From contig CAVVCZ010000002.1 of the NCBI GenBank assembly GCA_963746845.1, forward strand, positions 160,001 to 224,000: a stretch of 64,000 nucleotides of DNA. The letters are read 5' to 3'. The notes beneath the pieces are model-generated. The model did not search any database. It was not told where the DNA came from and was given only the letters and a program-made list of their open reading frames with translations. Both the position numbers and the translations under genes were made by a program. Shown here one piece after another: positions 11,005-20,396 of this stretch. Every line of letters starts with the position of its first letter. Within the stretch, counting starts at the first letter, position 1. Source of the DNA: an uncultured Chloroflexia bacterium (GTDB lineage Bacteria > Chloroflexota > Limnocylindria > Limnocylindrales > CSP1-4).

Positions 11005-11466
11005 TCAACTCGCGTCGTACGTCATCTCGCCCGTCCGCAGGTCGAACGTGAACGGCGGCTGCGGTTCGTCAGCCTCGGTGCCGGGTGCCGGGTTGCGCTC
11101 GAGGTAGCGAATCCACAGGTGCGTGGCAGGGAAGATCCCCTCGATCGGCAACACATCGGGTCCTGGGTTGGCCAGCCCGTGCGGTGCACCGGCAGGAATG
11201 AAGACGACGGTGCCCTCGCCGACGACGCGCTCCTCGTCACCGAGGCGGTACCGACCAGGACCGTGGATGATCACGACCTCGTCTTCGCGGTGGATGTGGA
11301 GCGGGATCCGGTCGCCGGGCGCGATGCGCTCGGCGATCACGGAGAAGCCGTCGACGCGTCCGTTTGGTCCGCCCGGATCCACCAGGAGCGCCCAGCGTGT
11401 CATGGGCCGGTGGTCGTCCGGGTCGCCGACCATCGCCTCGAGCCGATACCCGTCGACGATTGACAT
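11005..11466 (-). CDS. Cupin domain protein
   Basis: PLHIHREDE and FIPAGAPHG cupin motifs. Confidence 0.85.
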   Translation of the reverse strand: MSIVDGYRLEAMVGDPDDHRPMTRWALLVDPGGPNGRVDGFSVIAERIAPGDRIPLHIHREDEVVIIHGPGRYRLGDEERVVGEGTVVFIPAGAPHGLANPGPDVLPIEGIFPATHLWIRYLERNPAPGTEADEPQPPFTFDLRTGEMTYDAS

Positions 11467-11475
11467 GCCCTCTCC

Positions 11476-11979
11476 CTACCTCGGCTCGTCGTCGGGCGGT
11501 CCTGCCCGACTGGTCGTCGTCGATCGATCCGAGGCGGCAGGCGGATCGAGCTTCCGATCGAACCAGATCCGCTCCCCGGAGAACCGATTCGCGGCCGGGT
11601 CCCACGGGAACAGGATCAGGACCTGGAGCGCGACGGGCAGGCCGCTCGGCGGCGCCCCGGCCCACGGTCCCTGGTTTGTGCCGGTCAGGGTGGCGACCTC
11701 GAACACGCCCTGCGGCCCGACGACGATCTCGCTCAACGCGAACCGGTTGTCCGGGAACGCGCCGAAGAGCTCCGTGTAGAACCCACGGGCACCGTCATGG
11801 CCCTCCCAGCGCTGCCCGGTCGGGACGATCTCGTACACGCAGTCCGGGGCGAGCGTCGCGATCAACCCGTCGATGTTGCGCCGATCCTCGGCGATCGAGT
11901 GGCGGACCCACTGCCGCTTGATCCGGCGCAGCTCCGCAGGGTCGAACCCACGCCCGAGCCGGGCCTGGATGGATGTCAT
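11476..11979 (-). CDS. SnoaL-like/ester cyclase (NTF2 fold)
   Basis: FYTELFGAFPD, GTNQGPWAGAPPSG, ERIWFD. Confidence 0.85.
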   Translation of the reverse strand: MTSIQARLGRGFDPAELRRIKRQWVRHSIAEDRRNIDGLIATLAPDCVYEIVPTGQRWEGHDGARGFYTELFGAFPDNRFALSEIVVGPQGVFEVATLTGTNQGPWAGAPPSGLPVALQVLILFPWDPAANRFSGERIWFDRKLDPPAASDRSTTTSRAGPPDDEPR

Positions 11980-12071
11980 GACCGAATCCTGCGCCTGTCG
12001 GTGCGGCCGCGCTGACCGCTGCTCGCCAGGCGAGCACGGGAAGGCCCGGTCGAGAAGCAGAGAGGGTGGCC

Positions 12072-14390
12072 TCAGGGAACCGCGGGTGGACGAAGCTCCA
12101 CGCGCATCAGCCGCGCGGTCTCGGGCAGGCTGTCCTCCACGTACAACCCGCCACTCCCGTCGAGGGCGATCCCGGCCGTGAACTCGAGCTGGCCGTCCCC
12201 GGCTCCTTCCGGGCCGAACCCGCCGAGGAGCGTGCCATCGGCCCCGAAGACCAGGACGCCGGGGGCGGCGCCGCGCTCGGGGCCCTGCGTCACGAAGATC
12301 CGCCCATCTCCATCGATCGCCATGTGCGACGCCTGCTCGGCGAACGCGCCTTCGCCGACGGCACGCAGGAACCGTCCGGTCGGGTCGAAGACGAGCACCT
12401 TGGACGGTGAGACGACGCTCACATACAGGTTGCCGTGGGGATCGATCGCCAGCGAGTTCGCACCGTTGTTGACCGGTGCGTGCTGGAACGGATCGAACGA
12501 ACCGAGGACCTTGCCGTCGCGGGCGTAGTGCTCCACGACCTGCCGGATGTCGTCCAGGACCCAGACCGAGCCGTCGGGCGCGACGCCGATCCCGACCGGG
12601 TCCGTGTATTCGCCCGGCCGCGTTCCGAACGCTCCCCAGGCGCGCACGAACTTCCGGTTCCGGTCGAACACCTGGACGCGCCGATTGCCGACGTCGAGGA
12701 CGTAGAACGAACCGTCCTTCGCGAACGCGAGCGTGCCGTAGGCGTCGCCGTTGCCACGCGTGAAGTCGAACGGACCGGCGGCGTCGGCAGGAGCCGCCCA
12801 TTCCTCGAGCAGCTTCCCGTCCGGGCCGAAGATGGCGATCCGGTCCGCGTCCGGTTCCGGCGCCCAGATCCGTCCACGCGGGTCGACCGCGATCTGGGAG
12901 ATCGGGGCGAACCCGTGGTCCCGGAGGTCGGTCGTCCAGGTCACGGTCGCGATCGAAGGGAGCGGCGTGGGCGTCGGCCCGGCCGATGGCGAGGGCGACG
13001 GCGTCGGGGCGGCCGACGGCCCGACCGACGGGAACGGGACGGCGGCGATCTGCGCCCCATCACCGCCGATCGAGAAGACGCTGCCGTCCTGCAGTCCGAC
13101 GAAGACGGCGCCCTTGGCGACAGCAATGCAGCAGTTCCCGTACGCGGACAGGTCGAACTGCCACAAGCGGCCGCCGGTGGACCCGTCGATCGCATACACG
13201 CGATGCTCCGAGCCGGCGAACACGTAGACGACCCCGCCGGCGACCACCGGCGCCCGGACCTCGCCGTTCAGCTGGATCCGCCACCTCGTTGCGCCGGTTG
13301 CCGTGTCGATCGCAACCACGCGTCCGTCGTTCGTGGACGCGTAGGCGACTCCGTGGTCGACCGTCGGCAGCGACACCAGGGCGTCCTCGGTCGTCCAGAG
13401 CGGTCGGCCGGTGGTCAGGTCGAATGCGTGGAGCGTCCCGCTCGTCGCGATCGCGGAGACGCCGATGTACGCGATCCCTTCGACGATCGCGGCCGAGCCC
13501 GTGTCCTCGCCGTTCGTGTCGCCGGACCAGACGACTTGGCGCGTCGCCGGATCCACGGCGACGAGGCCGGCGCCATTCGTGCCGGCGATCACGAGCCCGG
13601 TCCCGAAGGCGGGCGCGTCCACCTGGGTCGCGCCCGGCGGCTGGATGCGCCACCGTTCGGCGCCGGTCGCGGCATCCACTGCGACCAGGAATCCGTCGGA
13701 CGTCCCGAGGTAGAGCATCCCGTCGGCCTCGATCAGGCGGCTCGGTGTCACGTATTCGATCGTCGACGTCCAGACGGGAGTTCCGTCGGCCTGGGAGTAC
13801 GCATGCAACACGCCGGTCGCATCGCTCAGGTACAGCCGCCCGTCGCCCGCGTACGGGCCCGAGGGCGGGTTGTTCGGGACGGTCCTCGTCCATTGGAGGA
13901 TGCCGCGATCACGCGACACGGCCTGGAGCGTGCCGTCGTCACTCGCAAAGTACGCCCGGTCGCCGACGATCGCGACCTCCAGGACGATGCCGCCCGCGTG
14001 GAACTGCCAGTTCAGGACCGGACTCCCGGCCGGCCCCCGGACGCCGACTCCTGAGCGATCCGCGTTGCCGCGGAAGCCCGACCAGTCGCCGGTCTCGATC
14101 GGCGGCGGCGGCCTGAGCACGAGCCAGGCGCCGACGGCCGCGCCCGCGATGGCGACCAGGAGGAGCGCGAGGATCGCCGCGAGGACGAGACCCCGGTTCG
14201 GCATGCCGACGGCGGCCCGGGTCGTCCGCGTGCGCATCGGCCGCTCCGCCAGCTGCGCCCACCAGCGCGGCCGCGGCCGCGTGGCGCTCGTCGTCGCCAG
14301 GATCCGGCCGAGGACCTCGTCGGGCGCGCCGGCGGCTTCGTCGGCCATCCAGCCGGCGACCATCCGCTCGAACGGCAGCGGTTCGTTCAT
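12072..14390 (-). CDS. Putative anti-sigma factor: short N-terminal cytoplasmic domain, one TM segment, PQQ-like beta-propeller, NHL beta-propeller
   Basis: Start overlaps the ECF sigma stop. AVDAATGAERW-type repeats and NHL repeats (GEYTDPVGIGV, GQLEFTAGIALD). Confidence 0.8.
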   Translation of the reverse strand: MNEPLPFERMVAGWMADEAAGAPDEVLGRILATTSATRPRPRWWAQLAERPMRTRTTRAAVGMPNRGLVLAAILALLLVAIAGAAVGAWLVLRPPPPIETGDWSGFRGNADRSGVGVRGPAGSPVLNWQFHAGGIVLEVAIVGDRAYFASDDGTLQAVSRDRGILQWTRTVPNNPPSGPYAGDGRLYLSDATGVLHAYSQADGTPVWTSTIEYVTPSRLIEADGMLYLGTSDGFLVAVDAATGAERWRIQPPGATQVDAPAFGTGLVIAGTNGAGLVAVDPATRQVVWSGDTNGEDTGSAAIVEGIAYIGVSAIATSGTLHAFDLTTGRPLWTTEDALVSLPTVDHGVAYASTNDGRVVAIDTATGATRWRIQLNGEVRAPVVAGGVVYVFAGSEHRVYAIDGSTGGRLWQFDLSAYGNCCIAVAKGAVFVGLQDGSVFSIGGDGAQIAAVPFPSVGPSAAPTPSPSPSAGPTPTPLPSIATVTWTTDLRDHGFAPISQIAVDPRGRIWAPEPDADRIAIFGPDGKLLEEWAAPADAAGPFDFTRGNGDAYGTLAFAKDGSFYVLDVGNRRVQVFDRNRKFVRAWGAFGTRPGEYTDPVGIGVAPDGSVWVLDDIRQVVEHYARDGKVLGSFDPFQHAPVNNGANSLAIDPHGNLYVSVVSPSKVLVFDPTGRFLRAVGEGAFAEQASHMAIDGDGRIFVTQGPERGAAPGVLVFGADGTLLGGFGPEGAGDGQLEFTAGIALDGSGGLYVEDSLPETARLMRVELRPPAVP

Positions 14391-14947
14391 GCCGTTCGCT
14401 CCTCGGACGTCAGCGAGTCGCGGCCCGCTTCGTCCGACAGCGCCGTCCGGAGGGTCTCGAGCCCTCGATGGAGACGCGATTTGGCCGTGCCGACGGGGAT
14501 GTCGAGCACATCTGCCGCGTCGGTCAGCGGCAGGTCGAGATAGAAGTGGAGGACCATCACGGCCCGCTGATCGACGGGCAACCGGCTCAGTTCGCGGGCG
14601 ATCCGGTCACGTTCGGCCAGCGGGGCCGTGAAGTCCCGGTCCGTGGGGTCGCGATCGGGCTCGACATGCAGCTCGGCCACGTCCCGCCGCTTGGCCGTGC
14701 GGGCAAGCCGATAGCAGGCTCGAACCGTGAGCCGGTACAGCCACGCGTCCCACGCCTCCGGTTCGCGGATCGCCCGGATGTGTTTCCACGCGAGGACGAG
14801 CGCTTCCTGCACCGCGTCCTGGGCCCGATCTTCGTCCCGGAGGATGAGCTTGGCCGCGCCGTACAGACGGCCGAAGGAAGCGCTCGCGAGTTCCGAGAAC
14901 GCCTCGTGATCGCCCGACCGCGCTCGCTCGACGAGCTCGACCTGCAT
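14387..14947 (-). CDS. ECF sigma-70 factor
   Basis: AQDAVQEAL..AW region 2 and DVLDIPVGTAKSRLHRG region 4. Confidence 0.93.
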   Translation of the reverse strand: MQVELVERARSGDHEAFSELASASFGRLYGAAKLILRDEDRAQDAVQEALVLAWKHIRAIREPEAWDAWLYRLTVRACYRLARTAKRRDVAELHVEPDRDPTDRDFTAPLAERDRIARELSRLPVDQRAVMVLHFYLDLPLTDAADVLDIPVGTAKSRLHRGLETLRTALSDEAGRDSLTSEERTA

Positions 14948-14990
14948 CCCGCTCCTGCTCCAGGAACCGTCCCGGGACGGTGCTCGAACG

Positions 14991-15023
14991 ATACGAGGCA
15001 CCGCGACCACGAAACGGTTCCCT
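14991..15023 (-). promoter_or_regulatory. ECF-type promoter upstream of the sigma gene
   Basis: Minus strand AGGGAACCGTTTCG-N10-GCCTCGTAT; near-identical copy at 17301-17333. Confidence 0.7.
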
Positions 15024-15048
15024 GGCGCAGCGGTTTCCGTGGGTCCCG

Positions 15049-17259
15049 TCAGCCGGCGAGCGGCTTGACGAGGTCGATCTTCATCAGCCGGGCCGATTGG
15101 GGCAGGCTGTCCATCGCGTAGAGGTGGCCCTTCCCGTCGAGCGCGAGGCCCGCCGGGAAGGCGAGCTGGCCATCGCCAACACCGTTCGGCCCGAACGCCC
15201 CGAGCGGCCTGCCGTCCGCCGCGAAGGCCAGGATGCCGCCTCCGGGATGGCTGCCGCCGCCCTGGCTGACGAACAGGCGACCCTTCGCGTCGATCGCCAT
15301 CTGGGTCGGCTGATCAGTGAACAGGCCCGTGCCGAATACCCGGATGAGCTTGCCGGCCCCGTCGAACTCGGCGACCTGGTTCGGCTCGATCTGGGTCACA
15401 TAGAGGCGGCCCGCCACGTCGATTGCGATCCCGTTCGAGCCGTCATTGCGCGGGGCGTTCGAGAACGGGTCGAACGATCCGAGCACCTTGCCGGTCCGGT
15501 CGTAGTGCTCGAGGACGCTCCGTATGTCGTCGAGCACCCAGATCGTGCCGTCGCGGGCGACGACGATCCCGACCGGATCGCTGTACTGGCCCGGACCGGT
15601 CCCGAACGAGCCCCATTGCCGCACGAAGCGACGCTTCGCATCGAACAGCTCCACCCTCCGGTTCCCGACATCGAGGACCGCGAAGGATCCATCCCGGCCG
15701 AAGGCGAGCGTGCCGTAGCCGTCACCGTTCTTGCGTCGGAGCGTGAACTGGCCGGGGCCGCTGCCCGACGCGCCCCACTCCTCGAGTCGCTTCCCGTCCG
15801 GGCCGAGGATCACGAACGCGTCGGTTCCGGCCTCGGGGGCCCAGATCCGCCCTCTCGGGTCGACCGCGATCTGGTTGATCGGCTCGATGCCCGTGCCGCG
15901 CAGATCGGCGGTCCACGCGACCTTCACCGCAAGGGTCGTCAGGACGGGGGCGGCAGGCGGAGCCGCGCTCGGGGCCGGGCCGGGCGCGGCGGTGATCGTC
16001 GTCGCGAACGGCTGGGGCGTGACGGCGGTGCCGTCGCCGCCGATCGAGTAGACCGTGCCGCTCAGCGTCGAGACGAAGACGGCTCCTCGCGCGACCGCGA
16101 TGCAGCAGTCGTTGTTGCCGTCGACGTCGAACTGCCAGAGCTTGCCGCCGGTCTTCGCGTCCAGCGCGTAGACGCGCTTCTCGTCGTCGACCGGCAGGTA
16201 GACGACGCCGCCCGCGACCGCTGACGGCCGGACGAATCCGTCGACCTTGCCCTGCCAGACCGTCTTGCCGGTCGTCGTGTCGATCGCGTCGACGAGGCCA
16301 TTCACGCTCGCGCCATAGGCGATCCGGTCGGCGACCGTCGGGAATGTCAGCAGCTGGTCCGCGGCCGTCCAGCGGAGCGTGCCGGTCGCAGCGTCGTACG
16401 CCCGGAGCGTGCCGCTCGTCGCATCCGCCCCGACACCGAGGTAGGCGATCCCGTCAATCACGGCCGCACTGCCCGTATCGACGTGGCCGGTGTCGGTCTG
16501 CCAGACGATCCGGTGGGTCGTGGCGTCGATCGCCACATAGCCGGCGTCGTCGGTGCCGGCGTAGACCTTGCCGTTCGCGAACGCGGGATTGTCGACGTGG
16601 TTCGCGCCGGGTGGGTTGACCTTCCAGCGCTCGGCGCCGGTCGCGGCGTCGACCGCGACGACGAAGCCGTCGCGGGTCCCGAAATACACCACGCCATCGG
16701 TGCTGATCAGGTTGCCCGGATTTGCGTAGGTCTGCCCCGACGTCCAGGCCGGTTTCCCCGTCGCGCCGTCGTAGGCATGGACGACGCCGGCGGCGTCCGC
16801 GACGAAGACCCGACCGTCCATGACCGACGGACCACCGAGCGGCGGGTTCGGCACGGTCACGGACCACTGCTCGACGCCGCTGTCCCACGACACCGCGTGG
16901 AGCACGCCGTCGTCGCTGGAGAAGAAGGCATCGTCGCCGGCGATCGAGATGTTGTTCGGCACACCGCCGCCGGCGTGGAACGACCAGTTCAGGATCGGCT
17001 TGCCGACCGGGCCCTTCGAACCGACGCCGGAATGGTCCGCCGAACCCCGGAACCCCGACCAGTCGTCGGCGACGAGCGAGCCGACGTCGGGAGCGACCGA
17101 CGCGGCCGGGGTCGTCGAGGGTGCCGGAGCGGCCGCTGATGCCGCCGGCACCGGCGGGGCAGCCGACGAGGTGGGCTGACTGGATCCGCAACCCGCGGCT
17201 CCGAAGGCGATGACGAGGACGCCGGTGACTGCCGCGAGGCGGCTCGACTGGGTGCGCAT
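15049..17259 (-). CDS. Lipoprotein with PQQ-like and NHL beta-propellers (paralog of 12072-14390)
   Basis: Lipobox-like AAGC after a hydrophobic signal. Shares DWSGFRG.AD.SGVG, CCIAVA.GAVF and NGD.YGTLAF with the anti-sigma. Confidence 0.85.
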   Translation of the reverse strand: MRTQSSRLAAVTGVLVIAFGAAGCGSSQPTSSAAPPVPAASAAAPAPSTTPAASVAPDVGSLVADDWSGFRGSADHSGVGSKGPVGKPILNWSFHAGGGVPNNISIAGDDAFFSSDDGVLHAVSWDSGVEQWSVTVPNPPLGGPSVMDGRVFVADAAGVVHAYDGATGKPAWTSGQTYANPGNLISTDGVVYFGTRDGFVVAVDAATGAERWKVNPPGANHVDNPAFANGKVYAGTDDAGYVAIDATTHRIVWQTDTGHVDTGSAAVIDGIAYLGVGADATSGTLRAYDAATGTLRWTAADQLLTFPTVADRIAYGASVNGLVDAIDTTTGKTVWQGKVDGFVRPSAVAGGVVYLPVDDEKRVYALDAKTGGKLWQFDVDGNNDCCIAVARGAVFVSTLSGTVYSIGGDGTAVTPQPFATTITAAPGPAPSAAPPAAPVLTTLAVKVAWTADLRGTGIEPINQIAVDPRGRIWAPEAGTDAFVILGPDGKRLEEWGASGSGPGQFTLRRKNGDGYGTLAFGRDGSFAVLDVGNRRVELFDAKRRFVRQWGSFGTGPGQYSDPVGIVVARDGTIWVLDDIRSVLEHYDRTGKVLGSFDPFSNAPRNDGSNGIAIDVAGRLYVTQIEPNQVAEFDGAGKLIRVFGTGLFTDQPTQMAIDAKGRLFVSQGGGSHPGGGILAFAADGRPLGAFGPNGVGDGQLAFPAGLALDGKGHLYAMDSLPQSARLMKIDLVKPLAG

Positions 17260-17300
17260 CCGAGGCTCCCTCCTGCGGCACGTCCGGCCGCGTCTGGGGA

Positions 17301-17333
17301 ATAGGAGCCACGCGGATGTCGAAACGGTTCCCT
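17301..17333 (-). promoter_or_regulatory. ECF-type promoter upstream of the lipoprotein gene
   Basis: Minus strand AGGGAACCGTTTCG-N10-GGCTCCTAT. Confidence 0.7.
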
Positions 17334-17504
17334 CGCCCTCGGGTCACAGGCAGGACATCGGCTCGTGGCTTGCGCGCCGGACAGGTGGGCCGCCGGCCGG
17401 GCCGTTCGTCGGCGGGGATGGGTCGGAACCGACAGAGTGCTCGCCGGGCGGACAGCCCGGGGGCCGAGCGACGCCGGGGCGCCGCCGCCGCCGGGCGGGC
17501 GGAT

Positions 17505-18857
17505 CTAGTGCTCGGTGGCCCCCGTGAACGTCCAGCCGTCGATGCGCACCGGCGGCACCAGCACGCCGCCGAAGTCGCCCCGGATCGTCCGCCGCTCGCT
17601 GCCCACCGCCACCGTCCCGGCCAGCGCCGCGAGATAGCTCTGCGTGAAGCGCAGGTTCCGGACCGGGCCGACGATCCGGCCGCCCTCGACGAGGAACGTC
17701 CCGTCCCGGGTCATGCCCGTGACGATCGCGAGCTTCGGGTGGACCGGGTTCGTGTAGTGGAACCGCGTGACGAGCAGGCCCCGGTCCATGCCGCCGACGA
17801 GGTCCGCGCGCGTCGTCGCCCCGGCCGACATCACCATGTTCAACGGGAACGGCCCATAGGAGTTCGGCGCCGGCAGGCCGTGGCCCGTCGACTGCCGTCC
17901 GGCTCGCGCCGCGGTCTGCTGGTCCCAAACGACGTCGCGGCACACGCCCCGCTCGACGAGCACGACCCGCTGCTTCGCGACCCCCTCGTAGTCGAACGCC
18001 ATCGGCATGGCCCCGGGCTCCGTCGCGTCGTCGACGATCGTGACCAGCTCGCTGCCGATCACCCGGCCCGGCTCCGCGAACGAGCGCTCCTCCTGGACCG
18101 CGAGCGCGCTGAAGCCCATGAACGCGAGCATCGACAGCAGGTCGACGACCGCGTACTCCTCGAGCACGACCGTCCAATCACCCGGATCGACCGCGACCGG
18201 GTTGGCCGTCACGCGGGCCTTCTCCGCCGCCTCCCGTCCCACCTCCGCCGCGTCGATCGCGCCCAGGTCGACGCCCGCCTGCTCGGCGTACCCGGACCCG
18301 CCATCGGGGGCCATCGTCACCGTCAGCAGCTGGGCGGCAGTTCTCCGCTGAGCGGCTCGAATCCCATGGGAGTTCGCGATCCCCAGGTGCTCCGCGCTCG
18401 TCGAGAACGACCCGAACGCCCGAACGCCCGCGGCGTCGGCGGCGGCGATGACGGCCCGAACGCCCTCGGCCCGCTGCTCGGGGGTCGCGCCGGCCGTCGC
18501 CTCGGACCAGCCGGCCGGCTGGTCGACGATCGGCGTCGGGCCGGGCAGCCCACCCCAGTCCTCCAGCTCGGCCGAGTTCCGGGCGATCGCGACGGCGGTC
18601 TCGGCCAGCCGCCGGAGGCCCTCGTCGTCCAGCCGGTTCGACGACGCCACCCCGACACGCTTCCCGATCGCGACCCGGAGGTTCAGGCTGCCATTGGTCT
18701 CGGCGACGTTCTGGTGGATCTCGCTGTTCGCGAACCGGGTGAGCTGGGCCCGGTCCGCCGAGACGAGCCCTTCCGCCTCCGACGCGCCGGCGCTCATCGC
18801 CAGCTCCACGACCCGCTGGGCCGCCGCGAGCGGGTCGACCCAGGTCCCGTCGATCAC
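17505..18857 (-). CDS. TldE/PmbA family protein
   Basis: LTRFANSEIHQN, FDYEGVAK, TGMTRDGTFLVEGG; GTG overlaps the tldD stop. Confidence 0.9.
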   Translation of the reverse strand: MIDGTWVDPLAAAQRVVELAMSAGASEAEGLVSADRAQLTRFANSEIHQNVAETNGSLNLRVAIGKRVGVASSNRLDDEGLRRLAETAVAIARNSAELEDWGGLPGPTPIVDQPAGWSEATAGATPEQRAEGVRAVIAAADAAGVRAFGSFSTSAEHLGIANSHGIRAAQRRTAAQLLTVTMAPDGGSGYAEQAGVDLGAIDAAEVGREAAEKARVTANPVAVDPGDWTVVLEEYAVVDLLSMLAFMGFSALAVQEERSFAEPGRVIGSELVTIVDDATEPGAMPMAFDYEGVAKQRVVLVERGVCRDVVWDQQTAARAGRQSTGHGLPAPNSYGPFPLNMVMSAGATTRADLVGGMDRGLLVTRFHYTNPVHPKLAIVTGMTRDGTFLVEGGRIVGPVRNLRFTQSYLAALAGTVAVGSERRTIRGDFGGVLVPPVRIDGWTFTGATEH

Positions 18858-20305
18858 CACTTGCCGACCCCGACCTGGACGTCGCGGAACCGCGCCCCGG
18901 AACAGGCGTGCCCGACGTGGGCTCCCTGGCCCGGCTCGCCCTTGCCGCAGTTCGGCGTCCCGAGCATCACGTAGCTGGACCGATCGCCGACCGCGTCGCA
19001 CGACCGCCAGAACTCGTAGGTGATGCCGGTGTACGTGGGGTTCTTGAAGAGCCGGCCCTTCTTCCCGCCCTTGATCTCGTAGGCGACCTCTGTCGAGAAC
19101 TGGAAGTTCAGACGGCGGTCGTCGATCGACCATGACCGGTTCGAGGCGAGGTACAGCCCGTCGTCCGTGTCGGCAACGATGTCGTCGAGGCTCATCCCCG
19201 GACGCGGCAGCAGGTTCACGTTCGTCATCCGGATCAGCGGGATCCGGTTCCAGCCATCGGCCCGCATCGCCCCGCCCGACTGCCGGCCGATCCGCGGCGC
19301 GGTCTCGCGCGACGAGAGGTACCCGACGAAGATCCCGTCCCGGACCAGTGGGACGGCCTGAGCGGCGACCCCCTCGTCGTCCCAGCCGAACGTCCCCATA
19401 CCGCCCGGCGCGGTGGCGTCCGCGACGATCGTCACGAGGTCGCTGCCGTAGCGGAAGCCCTCGTCGAGCTTGTCGGTCGTCAGGAAGCTCGTCCCCGCGT
19501 AGCTGGCCTCGGTCCCGAAGACGCGATCCAGCTCCGTCGGGTGTCCGCAGCTCTCGTGGACCTGCATGTACAGCTGCGACGGATCCAGCACGACGTGAAC
19601 CGACCGGACGGACATTGTGGCGCGCTGAGCAGCTCGACGGCCTCCTCGGCGAGCGGGCCCGGCGCGGCCGGCCAGGTCGAGCCCGCGGACGAACTCGTAC
19701 CCGGCGGCGTGGAACGGCCCACCGTCGGCATCGGGATAGGCGCGTCGCTGGTGCTCGTCGCCCTCGATCGCGTTGGCCTCGACGCCGGCGCCGACGTGGG
19801 TCACGGTCTGCTCGGTCCAGCTGCCGTCCGTGGCCGCGAACGTCCGGGTCTCGCGCAGGGCGTCGTAGCGGGCTTCGACGAACGCGACGCCCTTGACTCC
19901 GCGCGCTGCCTCGTCCGCCGCGAGCAGGTGCCCGATCTTCTCCTCGAGCGGGACCGTGAACGGGTCCTCGCGGATCGGGGTCTCGTAGGTGCCGTGGGCC
20001 GGTGGCCGGTCATCGAGCCGGACGCGATCGCGAAGGGCGGTCGCGGAGGCACGGGCGATCCGCACGGCCTCGGCGGCGACGCGGTCGGCCTCGGCGGCGG
20101 TCAGGAGGCTCGAGCTGGCGAAGCCCCAACCGCCGTCGACCAGGACGCGCACGCCGAAGCCCTCGCTCTCGCCCGAGGCAACGCCCTCGACCCGGCCGCT
20201 CTTGACGGCGATGGACTCGTCCCGCCGGCGGACGACCCGCGCGTCGGCGTACGACGCGCCGAGCTGCACGGCCGTATCGAGGGAGCGCTCGCTCAGGTCA
20301 CGCAT
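18854..20305 (-). CDS. tldD: TldD metalloprotease
   Basis: HESCGHPTELDR (HExxxH) and CGKGEPGQ; about 20 codons locally out of frame near 19594-19660. Confidence 0.9.
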   Translation of the reverse strand: MRDLSERSLDTAVQLGASYADARVVRRRDESIAVKSGRVEGVASGESEGFGVRVLVDGGWGFASSSLLTAAEADRVAAEAVRIARASATALRDRVRLDDRPPAHGTYETPIREDPFTVPLEEKIGHLLAADEAARGVKGVAFVEARYDALRETRTFAATDGSWTEQTVTHVGAGVEANAIEGDEHQRRAYPDADGGPFHAAGYEFVRGLDLAGRAGPARRGGRRAAQRATMSVRSVHVVLDPSQLYMQVHESCGHPTELDRVFGTEASYAGTSFLTTDKLDEGFRYGSDLVTIVADATAPGGMGTFGWDDEGVAAQAVPLVRDGIFVGYLSSRETAPRIGRQSGGAMRADGWNRIPLIRMTNVNLLPRPGMSLDDIVADTDDGLYLASNRSWSIDDRRLNFQFSTEVAYEIKGGKKGRLFKNPTYTGITYEFWRSCDAVGDRSSYVMLGTPNCGKGEPGQGAHVGHACSGARFRDVQVGVGKW

Positions 20306-20396
20306 CGGGAGCCGGAGGGTATCAAAGGCGGTTGCCCGAAGTCGGTGAGGCGTTGTCCCTATTCCATGGCGCGGGCCTGGTCCGACCTGCGGGTTC

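Noticed and set aside
11005-20305. tldD/tldE with cupin, SnoaL-like and NHL genes as a RiPP biosynthetic cluster
   Set aside because: No precursor peptide, YcaO, radical SAM or lanthipeptide enzyme is visible, and TldD/E are widespread housekeeping proteases.
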